Assembly (NCBI GenBank): GCA_043760685.1
Contig: JAYUOQ010000165.1
Coordinates: 1 to 37,546 of the forward strand
DNA from: Armatimonadota bacterium
GTDB taxonomy: Bacteria > Armatimonadota > Fimbriimonadia > Fimbriimonadales > Fimbriimonadaceae
DNA: 37,546 nt
Reading direction: 5' to 3'
Shown here: positions 28,017 to 37,545 of the stretch, piece by piece
Position numbering within the stretch: position 1 is the first letter of the stretch
Layout of the letters: every line of letters begins with the position of its first letter
The notes under the pieces: generated by a model
Told to the model about the DNA's origin: nothing
Databases searched by the model: none
What the model saw: the letters and a program-made list of their open reading frames with translations, nothing else
Translations under genes and position numbers: made by a program

Positions 28017-29045
28017 TTACCGGCGACGTCGCCCTATTAACGCACACAATCCGAGGGAAATCACAACGAAAGTAGCCGGTTCAGGAACACCATCGGCAGG
28101 ATGATTGAGCAACCACATGCTGGTGTTCATGATCAATTGCTTGTCGTTGGTTGCATCCCAGCCATTGAACAGAGTGTCGCCCGTATCTCCCGTTCCGTCG
28201 TCAAACGGTGAGCTATCACCTGCCGCCGCAATTCGACCAAAGCCATAGGTGGAAGTAGCAAACATCACGCTCGACGAGCTCTTTGCCGATGAACTCCAAA
28301 CGTCGGCGGTGGCGAAACGATTTGCCGTCGTGTTCACGGTCATCGTGCAACCTGAGGCGTATGAGAAATTGGTTACCGTACCGTAGCTACCATGTGTCCT
28401 GAGGTTAGATGTCGAAGGATCCGCAAACGGAGCGGCAGGGGTAACGCTGTCGGAATTAAACGTAATCCCAAATGGGTTGGTGGCAATCCCATTATTGTTG
28501 AGAAGATCATTCCAAACTTGCAGGGAGTCCTTTCCGTCGTTGTTACGGTCCGAACTGGTGTGGTCCGCCACCATAAAGAGGCTCCCCCCGTCGTGAACGT
28601 AATTTAAGATTGCTTTCTTTTCTGCGAATGTAAACAAGATATTTGGCTCACAGACCACATACATTTTATAGTGGGAAAGGTCTTGGGAATTGCTTGAATC
28701 ACCATACGTGATTTTCTTATTGTATGCAAGAGTTTCCGGCTTGTATCCTGCCTTGAGAAGTCCGATTCCCCACGCTGAAAGAGCGCCAGTCCAAGCGGTC
28801 TCAGGGGATGAATTGGTGATGCTTCCGTAGCCGGGATTGGGGATTCTTTGTGGGTTCGAATCGGTTCCTCCCCCAACTTGACCAGATCCCATTGCGGCCG
28901 TGCTTACGCCAAGATTATGGAGATCGGCATCGATGACCCAGTCAGCGTTGCCCGCCATTTCTGCCTTTGTAGCGTCAAAAAGCACTTGGGCCCTGGAGAG
29001 GGAGATGATCGACAAACAGCCTATAAAAGTAAAAAAAAGTCGCAT
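28017..29045 (-). CDS. PEP-CTERM protein with a probable class I glutamine amidotransferase-like extracellular domain
   Basis: Signal peptide ending SRA-Q; VLFDATKAEMAGNADWVID, CEPN, GGSLFMVADH, GDSSPFDDG; C-terminus VPEPATF-TM-RRRR. Confidence 0.82.
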   Translation of the reverse strand: MRLFFTFIGCLSIISLSRAQVLFDATKAEMAGNADWVIDADLHNLGVSTAAMGSGQVGGGTDSNPQRIPNPGYGSITNSSPETAWTGALSAWGIGLLKAGYKPETLAYNKKITYGDSSNSQDLSHYKMYVVCEPNILFTFAEKKAILNYVHDGGSLFMVADHTSSDRNNDGKDSLQVWNDLLNNNGIATNPFGITFNSDSVTPAAPFADPSTSNLRTHGSYGTVTNFSYASGCTMTVNTTANRFATADVWSSSAKSSSSVMFATSTYGFGRIAAAGDSSPFDDGTGDTGDTLFNGWDATNDKQLIMNTSMWLLNHPADGVPEPATFVVISLGLCALIGRRRR

Positions 29046-29085
29046 AGCGAACTCGTTAGTGTACATCGAAAAGTAGACTTGCCCT

Positions 29086-29925
29086 ATGATCGCTAAACTC
29101 GTTGGGGCTCATATGCCAATTAAGAATGGCCTTGGCGGGGCTGTTCGTGAAGGAAAGCGGATTGGCTGTACCGCAATTCAGGTTTTTACTAAGAGCCCTC
29201 AACTTTGGAAGGCGAAGCCAATTTCTGATGAAATGGTTGAGGACTACAAACTGGCCTGCAAAGAGACCGAGATCACCGAGGTTGTTTGCCACGATTCTTA
29301 TCTCATTAACTTGGCGGCGGCTGGAGAGGAGTTGCGGGAAAAGTCAATTGTGGGACTTACCGATGAGATGAATAGGTGTGCCCAGTACGGCATCAAGTAT
29401 CTGAACTCCCACATTGGGGCGCACGTCGGGCAAGGCTATGACGAAGGAATTCGCTTGGCCGTTCTTGGGGCAAAGAAAGCCTTAAGCGATTCGGATCCTT
29501 CGGTGATGCTCGTCATGGAAACCACGGCGGCGACTGGCACTTCCTTGGGGGGAACCTTTGAAATGCTCCAGGCTGTTTTGGACGGGCTCAATGGAGATAA
29601 ACGCGTTGCAGTTTGTGTTGATACTTGCCACATTTTCGCGGCTGGTTACGACATTCGGACTGCCGAAACATTTAACGAAACCTTTACCAAATTTGAGTCA
29701 GTTATTGGTTTTGATCGACTGGTCGCCGTTCATTGCAATGATTCGATCGGTGGGCTCGGTAGCAAGAAGGACCGCCATGCTCATATTGGAGAAGGCGAAA
29801 TTGGTGAAGAGGGGTTTCGGTTATTGGTGAATGACAAGCGGTTTGAGAACATTCCGATCTTGCTAGAGACTCCGATTGAGAACGAAGGACACGAGCGAGA
29901 TTTGGCGAAATTGAAGAGCTTCTAG
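29086..29925 (+). CDS. nfo: Endonuclease IV (AP endonuclease)
   Basis: Zinc ligand motifs HDSYLINL, HIG, MET, CVDTCH, HCND, DRH, LETP. Confidence 0.95.
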   Translation: MIAKLVGAHMPIKNGLGGAVREGKRIGCTAIQVFTKSPQLWKAKPISDEMVEDYKLACKETEITEVVCHDSYLINLAAAGEELREKSIVGLTDEMNRCAQYGIKYLNSHIGAHVGQGYDEGIRLAVLGAKKALSDSDPSVMLVMETTAATGTSLGGTFEMLQAVLDGLNGDKRVAVCVDTCHIFAAGYDIRTAETFNETFTKFESVIGFDRLVAVHCNDSIGGLGSKKDRHAHIGEGEIGEEGFRLLVNDKRFENIPILLETPIENEGHERDLAKLKSF

Positions 29926-30163
29926 ATTTAGCGAACCGATCTAGGAATCAACTTCCAAATGGCTATATGTTGCCGATAGATCTCGAATACAAAGATGGTG
30001 TCTTTCGAGACCTTTGTGTCCGTGTAGACGGCGGCATCGAGATAGTCTAGCGCCTAGAAAGGAACTAGCCATGCGTTAAGACGGGCACGTTCGCCGTCAT
30101 GTACAAGATGAATTGCATTTCTTTTCATTCTTTTGGGGCATCAGGGCATTGTAGGTTTGTTTC

Positions 30164-31321
30164 GTGACGCCAATGGCTCCGGCAATTGAGGACATCCAAG
30201 ACTTTGCCCAAAGCATTGTCAACACTGTCCGTGGACCCCTCATTATTCTAGATGGTCAATTGAAGGTTCATTTCGCCAATCGCGCCTTCTATCAAACGTT
30301 CCAAGTCTCTCCCGCAGAAACGGAAGGAGAGCTCATTTATGAGCTGGGAAATCGGCAATGGGACATTCCTTCTCTGCGAACGCTTCTTGAGGAGATCATT
30401 CCAGAGCAGACCGTCTTCAACGACTTTGAGTTGACTCACGAGTTTCAGAGGATTGGACGAAAGGTTATGCTACTCAACGCCCGCGTGCTGCGATCTGGGC
30501 AAGAGACAAAGTACTTAGTCCTCGCTATTCAGGATGTTACGGATGATCGTCGAATTCACGATTATGAAGTTGAATTCACAGCCGAACTTCAGAAGAGCTA
30601 CGGGAGGCTGCAAGAGCTTGAAAAGATGCGTGAGAGCCTCACACACATGATCATTCACGACCTACGCACGCCGCTCACTTCCCTCATTGCCGGAATGCAG
30701 ACACTTGATTTGGTCGGTGAACTCAATTCATTGCAAATGGAGATGAAAGACATGGCGGTAGAAGGCGGCGAGACGTTGCTACGCATGATCAACGATTTGC
30801 TTGATGTGGAGAAAATGGAGGCAGGCGCGTTGGAACTTCAGGTCACCGAACTGAACCCAGGGAACTTGGTTGCCAAGGCATGTGCTCAGATATCCTCGCT
30901 CTGCGAAGCGAAGGAATTGGAGCTAATAAGTGTTGTTCCAGAAGGGTTGGCTCCTTTGCGTGGTGATGAAAGCAAGCTGCTTCGAACATTGGTTAACTTG
31001 TTGGGCAACGCGATCAAATTCACGCCTTTGAAGGGAAATATTACGGTCGAAGTTTCTCAGGACCTTGCTCAAAACATGACTGTCTATTCGGTTAGTGACA
31101 CCGGAGAAGGAATTCCAGAAGAAGCGTTTGGTCTTATATTCGAGAAGTTTGGTCAGGTAACGACAAGAAAGGCTGGGCGATCCCGAAGCACTGGGCTGGG
31201 CTTAACTTTTTGCAAACTCGCCGTGGAAGCCCACGGCGGCCAAATTGGAGTTCAGAGCGAAGCAGGTCTGGGCAGTAGATTTAGTTTTTCTATTCCACTC
31301 AGTTTCCCTTCTCACCCCTGA
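30164..31321 (+). CDS. PAS domain sensor histidine kinase
   Basis: N-terminal PAS (ANRAFY), HDLRTPLT, NLLGNAIKFT, DTGEGI, STGLGL. Start is GTG 30164 or ATG 30173. Confidence 0.92.
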   Translation: MTPMAPAIEDIQDFAQSIVNTVRGPLIILDGQLKVHFANRAFYQTFQVSPAETEGELIYELGNRQWDIPSLRTLLEEIIPEQTVFNDFELTHEFQRIGRKVMLLNARVLRSGQETKYLVLAIQDVTDDRRIHDYEVEFTAELQKSYGRLQELEKMRESLTHMIIHDLRTPLTSLIAGMQTLDLVGELNSLQMEMKDMAVEGGETLLRMINDLLDVEKMEAGALELQVTELNPGNLVAKACAQISSLCEAKELELISVVPEGLAPLRGDESKLLRTLVNLLGNAIKFTPLKGNITVEVSQDLAQNMTVYSVSDTGEGIPEEAFGLIFEKFGQVTTRKAGRSRSTGLGLTFCKLAVEAHGGQIGVQSEAGLGSRFSFSIPLSFPSHP

Positions 31322-31331
31322 GCCCCTTTTT

Positions 31332-32504
31332 CTAGTCAGTTGGGAGTTCCTTTGGCGGTCGTGTTGCAGAATTGAAGCGGTTGAACTTGTCGCCAAATTT
31401 CACTCCATTTGCAAACGCACCGCCATTGCTCAGCATCCACCGGTCGCCCTTTGGTCCCGCAGCGTAATCGAACCGATCTGCCTTACCCGTAGCGTCACAG
31501 AAGAACTGGGCTTCGAGGTGTTCCTTCCATTTGCCGTCGCTTCCGCCGATAAATACGGGACCAAACTCAGCCATGCGTTGGAGATTGCCATTGCTTCCGC
31601 AAAAGTTTTCGTTGAATGAGTACAGACCCTTCATGTAGGAGCCATCTTTTGGGGCTCGGAATTTTGCGATGAGCCCCCATTGTTTTTTCTCATTGAAGTA
31701 ATAATAGCTGGAGTAAATGGTGGCGTCCCCTTTCGGTTCTGCATGAACCAAGAATCGATGAACCGCATTGGTTTTCCAGTTGTAGACCATGTGGCTATGT
31801 CCACCGGTGCCTTCGTTGCCAAAGTCTCCGGCGACAACATCTTCCCCTTTCTTCAGCAGTTTCACCCGATTATCGTCGCCAACTTTGTTTCGGTCGATTG
31901 CCTCTTTGCCAGCGTCCCAAACTGAGAAAATAATACGTCGCTCAGTTGGTGAGTTCACCTGGATTCCGAAATAACCTCGATGCCAGCCACATGCCTCGTA
32001 ATAAGTGTATTTAGGGTCAGTCTTTGGGCGAATCTCGTTATAAAACCACTCCGCTTTTTCGGTTGCTTCTAAAGGATATTTAAGGTGGACACTTGCACTA
32101 TTGCGTCGCTCCTTGAGGTTGAACCTTGCGCCTTCGAGGGCAGAACCTGCAAGCTGAAGTCCTTGGATCGTACCAAAATCCGATGAGTTGCTTGGAGCCG
32201 CGTGAACAGTAATTCTTCGATAGCCGGGCCGATTGATGTTGAATTGAGCAACTTGGCTGTTATTTACCCTTTCAATTTTGTTGTCTATCTGTACGGAATA
32301 ATTGACGCCAGACATACCGCCCTTCAACTGAAGACTTAGGTTCCCTGCCTTGAGGTCACCAATCCAAACAAGGCTTTGCTTGGAGTCTCGCCATGGACCT
32401 GCGCCATTTTGCTCAATGGGAATTCCTTCGTCATTTGGTTCCGAGTATGCAGTGAACCCAGGGACGAAGAGGGTTGGCGCAAGGACTAGTGCTGCGAGAA
32501 TCAT
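31332..32504 (-). CDS. Exported DUF3472(/DUF5077)-like protein
   Basis: SVHLKY, WFYNE, GYFGIQVNSPTERRIIFSVWD, FGNEGTGG, YSFNENF motifs, recalled from this family. Confidence 0.72.
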   Translation of the reverse strand: MILAALVLAPTLFVPGFTAYSEPNDEGIPIEQNGAGPWRDSKQSLVWIGDLKAGNLSLQLKGGMSGVNYSVQIDNKIERVNNSQVAQFNINRPGYRRITVHAAPSNSSDFGTIQGLQLAGSALEGARFNLKERRNSASVHLKYPLEATEKAEWFYNEIRPKTDPKYTYYEACGWHRGYFGIQVNSPTERRIIFSVWDAGKEAIDRNKVGDDNRVKLLKKGEDVVAGDFGNEGTGGHSHMVYNWKTNAVHRFLVHAEPKGDATIYSSYYYFNEKKQWGLIAKFRAPKDGSYMKGLYSFNENFCGSNGNLQRMAEFGPVFIGGSDGKWKEHLEAQFFCDATGKADRFDYAAGPKGDRWMLSNGGAFANGVKFGDKFNRFNSATRPPKELPTD

Positions 32505-32603
32505 ATTCTTAGTTTATAGCCTTTAGCTGTGAATTACGAAATTGTTTGGTTCCCGAACAAAAGGCGGCAATAAGGAAAAAACTTCCTAACTCGTATCTGA
32601 ATA

Positions 32604-34400
32604 CTATTCAGTGACTTTCAGAACGCTAAGGAAGGCTTCTTGTGGGAGCTCGATCGAACCGATTTGCTTCATTCGCTTCTTGCCTTCTTTCTGCTTTTCA
32701 AGCAGTTTTCGCTTTCGGCTGATGTCTCCACCGTAGCACTTGGCAATAACGTTCTTTCGGTAAGGTTTGACGGTATCGGCAGCGATGACTTTGGAACCAA
32801 TTGCGGCTTGGATTCGGACTTCAAATTGTTGTCTTGGTACTACCTTTCGAAGCTGTTCTACAACACCACGTCCGCGGTTATAGGAGAACGACTTATGGAC
32901 AATGAAACTCAGAGCATCAACAATATCCCCGTTGAGGAGAATGTCAAGTTTGACCAAATCTGAGACCACATACTCGTCGATGTCGTAATCGAACGAGGCA
33001 TAGCCCCTCGTTCCAGACTTCAACTTGTCAAAAAAGTCCATGAGGATTTCACCAAGCGGGAGGGTGTAGTAAAGAATGACTCGCTGAGGCGTCGGATACT
33101 CCGTTTTGGTGTAGGTTCCGCGACGATCTTGGCAGAGGTTCATGACCGCTCCAACATATTCAACCGGAACCATGATGGTTGCCTTTACGGTTGGCTCCTG
33201 GATGCTCAAAATTTCGTTGGCATCCGGAAATTCGCTCGGGTTCGAGATGTGGAGCATTTCGCCATCTTTTTTGTTAACAATATAGTCAACGCTTGGCGCC
33301 GTGAGGATCAGGTCAAGATTGAATTCTCGCTCTAACCTCTCTCGAGCAATTTCCATGTGGAGAAGGCCAAGGAAGCCACAACGGAATCCAAAGCCGAGGG
33401 CTGCGGATGTTTCTGGTTCAAACTGGAGCGAAGCGTCGTTGAGCTTAAGCTTTCCGATCGCATCTCGAAGGTCTTCGTATTGGTCACCGTCCGTTGGATA
33501 GAGTCCGCAAAAAACCATGCTTAGGGCTTGACGGTAGCCAGGTAGCGCTTCGTTTGAAGGATTTTCTTTCAGGGTTACGGTATCGCCGACTTGCGCGTCA
33601 CCGATCGATTTCATGGCGGCTGCGATGAAGCCAACTTCGCCACAATTCAGACCATCATTTACGGTTAGTCCGGGACCGAAGTGGCCAGTAGCATCGATTA
33701 CGTAGTCTTTGCCCGAAGCCATCATTTGGATACGGTCGCCTTTCTTGATCGAGCCGTCGATGACCCGAATGTACGCTACAGCACCTTGGTAGGCGTCAAA
33801 GTGGCTGTCGTAAATAAGTGCGCGAAGTGGTTTGTTCGCATCGCCCTGGGGTGCTGGAACTTTGGCAACAATTGCTTCTAAAATTTCATCGATTCCAATT
33901 CCCGCTTTTGCCGAACAAGGAATTGCATCGGTTGCGTCGATTGCAACAGCCATTTCAATTTCGCGTCGAGCATGTTCAACATCGGCGTGGGGAAGATCAA
34001 TTTTGTTGATGACGGGAACGATTTCTAAGTTCTGGGTCATCGCCATACTGGCGTTAGCAATGGTTTGGGCTTCAACGCCTTGACTAGCGTCGACGACGAG
34101 CAATGCACCTTCGCAAGCGGCTAGTGCCCGAGATACCTCATAAGTGAAGTCGACGTGCCCTGGTGTGTCAATGAGGTTAAGCTCGTACTCAAGTCCATCC
34201 TTGGCGATGTACAAAAGGCGGACGGCCGCCATTTTGATCGTTATGCCGCGCTCTCGTTCGATATCCATCGAGTCGAGCATTTGCTCCTGGGCAACTCCGC
34301 GAATAGCTCCACACCGCTCAATGAGGCGGTCAGCAAGCGTTGACTTGCCATGATCGATATGCGCGATGATGCAAAAGTTGCGGATGCGCGATTGATCCAT
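32604..34400 (-). CDS. lepA: Translation elongation factor 4 (LepA)
   Basis: [53 protein letters not shown]. Start set at MDQSR (34400). Confidence 0.98.
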   Translation of the reverse strand: MDQSRIRNFCIIAHIDHGKSTLADRLIERCGAIRGVAQEQMLDSMDIERERGITIKMAAVRLLYIAKDGLEYELNLIDTPGHVDFTYEVSRALAACEGALLVVDASQGVEAQTIANASMAMTQNLEIVPVINKIDLPHADVEHARREIEMAVAIDATDAIPCSAKAGIGIDEILEAIVAKVPAPQGDANKPLRALIYDSHFDAYQGAVAYIRVIDGSIKKGDRIQMMASGKDYVIDATGHFGPGLTVNDGLNCGEVGFIAAAMKSIGDAQVGDTVTLKENPSNEALPGYRQALSMVFCGLYPTDGDQYEDLRDAIGKLKLNDASLQFEPETSAALGFGFRCGFLGLLHMEIARERLEREFNLDLILTAPSVDYIVNKKDGEMLHISNPSEFPDANEILSIQEPTVKATIMVPVEYVGAVMNLCQDRRGTYTKTEYPTPQRVILYYTLPLGEILMDFFDKLKSGTRGYASFDYDIDEYVVSDLVKLDILLNGDIVDALSFIVHKSFSYNRGRGVVEQLRKVVPRQQFEVRIQAAIGSKVIAADTVKPYRKNVIAKCYGGDISRKRKLLEKQKEGKKRMKQIGSIELPQEAFLSVLKVTE

Positions 34401-34491
34401 AAAGGAAGGTCCCTTGCGGGAAGTCATAGTGTACCTTTCGTCGCGACAAGTGCGATGGCGAAAGAACTGTGCAAGCCAAAGGGCCGAGCAA

Positions 34492-35694
34492 TCACTTGCT
34501 CGGCTTCTTTTTCTTGGATTTGGTTGGGTTGACTTTTCGTTCACCCACAATTTCATCGAGTGCTTGTGAAATGGCATTCTCCAGGTTCATGATCTTCATA
34601 TGCCGAGCAATAGAGGATCGTACAACCTCTTGTAATGCAGCGAACGACAATCCTTTGGTTCGCTTGATGACCTGAGTGGCAAATTCGGGTTTCAGTTTTG
34701 TTAGACAAAGTGATTCACCCAAATATGCCACTCGACACTCTGCTGACGGATTTGGAAACTCGATTTTCACATCGAATCGGCTCGGACGATTGCTTATGGC
34801 AACATCCAGCTTTTCTAAGTGATTCGTGGTCACAACCGTCATCACTCCCCTCAACGCCTTAAATCCGTCTAACTCATTGAGGAAGTAGGATTTATTTCGG
34901 TCATTGATGAGTGAGTCAACGTCCTCCATAATCACGATGCTTGGCGCAGTCTCCCGTGCTCGTTTATAGATTCGATTGAGACACTTCTCTGAGTTGAAGT
35001 GGCGATCGTATAGTGATCGAACATAGATAGTCGAAACATTCAGTTCGTTCACTAACGCCCTTATGGTTTGCGTCTTTCCGTTTCCTGGAGGTCCGTGCAA
35101 AATAACTCCTCGTTTCCAAGGAATTGAACTTTGTCCATACCATTCCTCTTGGGTAAAGAAATCGCGAACCCCACCGGAGAGTTTGAATAGGATATCGTCA
35201 CTAAGAACAAGGTCAGAGAGTTTCTTCTCTTTGATTTGCTCTCGTAATTCTTCGTCTCGAGAAAAATATCCTTCCTCGAATACGGCGATTGCTCCCGTTC
35301 CGGATGAATTCCAGGTGCACACTGCCTGGAAAAACTGTTCACACGGAACTATGGCTTTGCCTACGATGAACCATATTCGATCACAGTTATGCATGGTTGC
35401 GCGAACGAGGGTTAGTCGCTCGCCTCGCCAATTCATATCCATGACTGCGCTTTCAGGAGACATATCAATTTGACTGTCATTCCATTCAGCCTTCCAGTGG
35501 CCGTATGCGTCGTCCCTAAAAATGAGTTCGCACCCGCCAGAATTGGCGTAGGCAACGGGATCAAAATCCCAATCCTCAGTTTCAAGTACTGCTTGGTCGG
35601 TGGCAGCCATGCGCAACGCTTTCGCTATTGAAAACGAAATTGCGTTGTTGGGCAGACACAATGATGCCGAAAAAAGTTGAGTTGGTAACTTCAT
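34492..35694 (-). CDS. AAA+ family ATPase (single AAA domain, uncharacterised N-terminus)
   Basis: Walker A GPPGNGKT, Walker [16 protein letters not shown], arginine finger NRPSRFD. Confidence 0.9.
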   Translation of the reverse strand: MKLPTQLFSASLCLPNNAISFSIAKALRMAATDQAVLETEDWDFDPVAYANSGGCELIFRDDAYGHWKAEWNDSQIDMSPESAVMDMNWRGERLTLVRATMHNCDRIWFIVGKAIVPCEQFFQAVCTWNSSGTGAIAVFEEGYFSRDEELREQIKEKKLSDLVLSDDILFKLSGGVRDFFTQEEWYGQSSIPWKRGVILHGPPGNGKTQTIRALVNELNVSTIYVRSLYDRHFNSEKCLNRIYKRARETAPSIVIMEDVDSLINDRNKSYFLNELDGFKALRGVMTVVTTNHLEKLDVAISNRPSRFDVKIEFPNPSAECRVAYLGESLCLTKLKPEFATQVIKRTKGLSFAALQEVVRSSIARHMKIMNLENAISQALDEIVGERKVNPTKSKKKKPSK

Positions 35695-35806
35695 ATAATG
35701 CTTGTAAAAAAGTAAAAATTCACGACGAAGCCGGGACCTGCTATGGAGGTCTTATGAGAACTGGCTTTGACGTCGGAGTACAAGCATCGCTGGAAGATTA
35801 TGACAC

Positions 35807-35838
35807 AAAAAAAGGAGGTAGGGTTCCCTACCTCCTTT
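35807..35838 (-). terminator. Intrinsic terminator after Wza-like gene
   Basis: Stem AAAGGAGGTAGGG/CCCTACCTCCTTT with a 7-A run giving a minus-strand U tract. Confidence 0.88.
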
Positions 35839-35855
35839 CCAAGTTCGCAGCGTGA

Positions 35856-36809
35856 TTAGTTTCTGAGGAATTTGAATCCTAAGAATGATGTGAATGTGTT
35901 CAGTACAAACGCAGAGTTAGCAATTGACTGCAACTGATTCGCGTCTGGAGTATTAGTTTCAGTGATGTAGACCAAGTCGCCTGGCATCAACTTCACGTTT
36001 TGAGCAAAGTCTCCGCTCTTAATGTACTTAACAAAGTCAGCGTTGATTCTGAGGTATTCACCTGGTCGACCAGGGAGCTCTCTGAGAATGAAACACTTTG
36101 AAAGTCGTGATAGGTACCGGATTTCTCCACCCGCAATTCCAATGGCGTCAGCAAGACGCATGGTTTCACGGTACGGATAAAGGCCAGGTGCCTTAATGGC
36201 GCCCATGACAAGAATTCGGTTCTTTTGTTCTCGCGGAATATTGAGAATGTCGCCATCTTGAAGGTTAAAATTCTGTGAGTTATCTCCGAGAACCGTCATC
36301 GCATATAGATCGATGGGAATGAGTTCTTTAGATCCTTCTCGTCGCAACGTAGCCTTTCTAAGGTCAGTTTGGTCGGGTACTTCTCCGCCACTAGCGCTAA
36401 ATAGCGTCATTACCGTATCCCCAGGTCTAAAGAAGAATTCTGTGGATCGCTGAACCATTCCGGTTACGTTTGCCTTTAGTCTTCGATAGGTAATAATCGA
36501 GACTGAAATAATTGGGTCTCGCAATTTAAGCTTTGAAACATACAGGGTGTAAAGCATGCTTTCGACTTCGCTGACGGTCTTCCCTTCAACTTTCAAGTTG
36601 CCAACAAATGGGGCTCCGATGTATCCGTCAATTCCAATTGGAATATCCGCTCCAATCTGTTGCTGATTGAACACTTGGATTCTGAGGACATCTTCAGGTT
36701 TGAGCTTGTATGTCTTTTCGTCAAAGGACTTTTGACCGAACGCCGCACTCGCCAAAACACCAAGCAAAGAAACCCATATTGCAATCTTCCCTAATTTAAT
36801 TCTTTTCAC
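35856..36809 (-). CDS. Polysaccharide export protein (Wza/Poly_export plus SLBB domains)
   Basis: YKLKPEDVLRIQVF, DGYIGAPFVG, LQDGDIL, VMGAIKAPG, LMPGDLVYI. GTG 36809 yields a clean signal peptide. Confidence 0.85.
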   Translation of the reverse strand: MKRIKLGKIAIWVSLLGVLASAAFGQKSFDEKTYKLKPEDVLRIQVFNQQQIGADIPIGIDGYIGAPFVGNLKVEGKTVSEVESMLYTLYVSKLKLRDPIISVSIITYRRLKANVTGMVQRSTEFFFRPGDTVMTLFSASGGEVPDQTDLRKATLRREGSKELIPIDLYAMTVLGDNSQNFNLQDGDILNIPREQKNRILVMGAIKAPGLYPYRETMRLADAIGIAGGEIRYLSRLSKCFILRELPGRPGEYLRINADFVKYIKSGDFAQNVKLMPGDLVYITETNTPDANQLQSIANSAFVLNTFTSFLGFKFLRN

Positions 36810-36822
36810 TTTGCCCTTGAAC

Positions 36823-37545
36823 TTAGATATTAACATATTTCTGCCTTTCAAGTTTTTTCCTTCGCCCTTCAATTACGATCGTAAATTCACCTTTTGAAGG
36901 CACGTCGGTCTCATTAGGAATTGTCGGCAATTCTGAGCGGAAAACTTGCTGATTTCTTTTTGTAATTTCTCTACAGATAGCATAACGACGGTCGCCAAGA
37001 ACTTCGCCAGCAGCTTTCAACAGGTTTTTGAACCTAAAGGGGGACTCGAATAGTACGATTGTATAAGGAGAATCTCGGAAAATTTCAAGCTCTTTCTTCA
37101 TATCTCCGGGCGTTCGACCCAAAAAACCGAGAAATGCAAACCGCTGAGCAAAAAAGCCAGAAAGCATTAGCGCATTGATCACGGCGCTCGGTCCTGGGAT
37201 TCCGTCTACTTCAATTCCTCGATTGTGAGCTAGGTCTGTTAGCCTAGCCCCTGGGTCGCTAATGCCAGGAGCGCCCCCATCGGTAAGCAAAACGGCATGC
37301 TTTCCTGATTCGATTTCTTCTAACAATTTTTCGAGCTGAAAATCTTCGGAGTGGTCGTGAGCGACCCTCATCGTTTTCTTAATTCCTAAATGGAATGCAA
37401 GCTTTGCGCTAATCCTTGTGTCTTCGACGATCCAAAAATCCGCCTCAGAAAGTGCCATCGAAGCCCTCGGGGAAATATCCCCGAGGTTACCGATTGGCGA
37501 AGCAACTAAGGTTAGCTTCGGTGTTACTTGCCTGGAGCTTTCATC
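36823..37545 (-). CDS. rsmI: 16S rRNA (cytidine1402-2'-O)-methyltransferase, 5'-truncated
   Basis: Frame is open to the window end: KLTLVASPIGNLGDISPRA, EDTR, DGGAPGISDPG, IPGPSA, FESPFR, REITK, KGEF. Confidence 0.95.
   Translation of the reverse strand, partial: DESSRQVTPKLTLVASPIGNLGDISPRASMALSEADFWIVEDTRISAKLAFHLGIKKTMRVAHDHSEDFQLEKLLEEIESGKHAVLLTDGGAPGISDPGARLTDLAHNRGIEVDGIPGPSAVINALMLSGFFAQRFAFLGFLGRTPGDMKKELEIFRDSPYTIVLFESPFRFKNLLKAAGEVLGDRRYAICREITKRNQQVFRSELPTIPNETDVPSKGEFTIVIEGRRKKLERQKYVNI

Noticed and set aside
32542-32587. Small hairpins downstream of lepA
   Set aside because: Short and mismatched on the transcribed strand, with no convincing U tract.
34401-34577. 59-aa N-terminal extension of LepA in the ORF track
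   Set aside because: It overlaps the AAA gene. LepA homology starts at MDQSRIRN, and a GGTACACT -10 box lies within the extension.
34492-35694. AAA ATPase as an anti-phage defence gene
   Set aside because: No adjacent nuclease, protease or effector, and the neighbours are housekeeping genes.
451-36784. Numerous 60-190 aa antisense or alternate-frame ORFs (e.g. 1935..2513, 20275..20763, 21936..22475, 27515..28075)
   Set aside because: They overlap well-supported genes and have no motifs; they are shadow ORFs.
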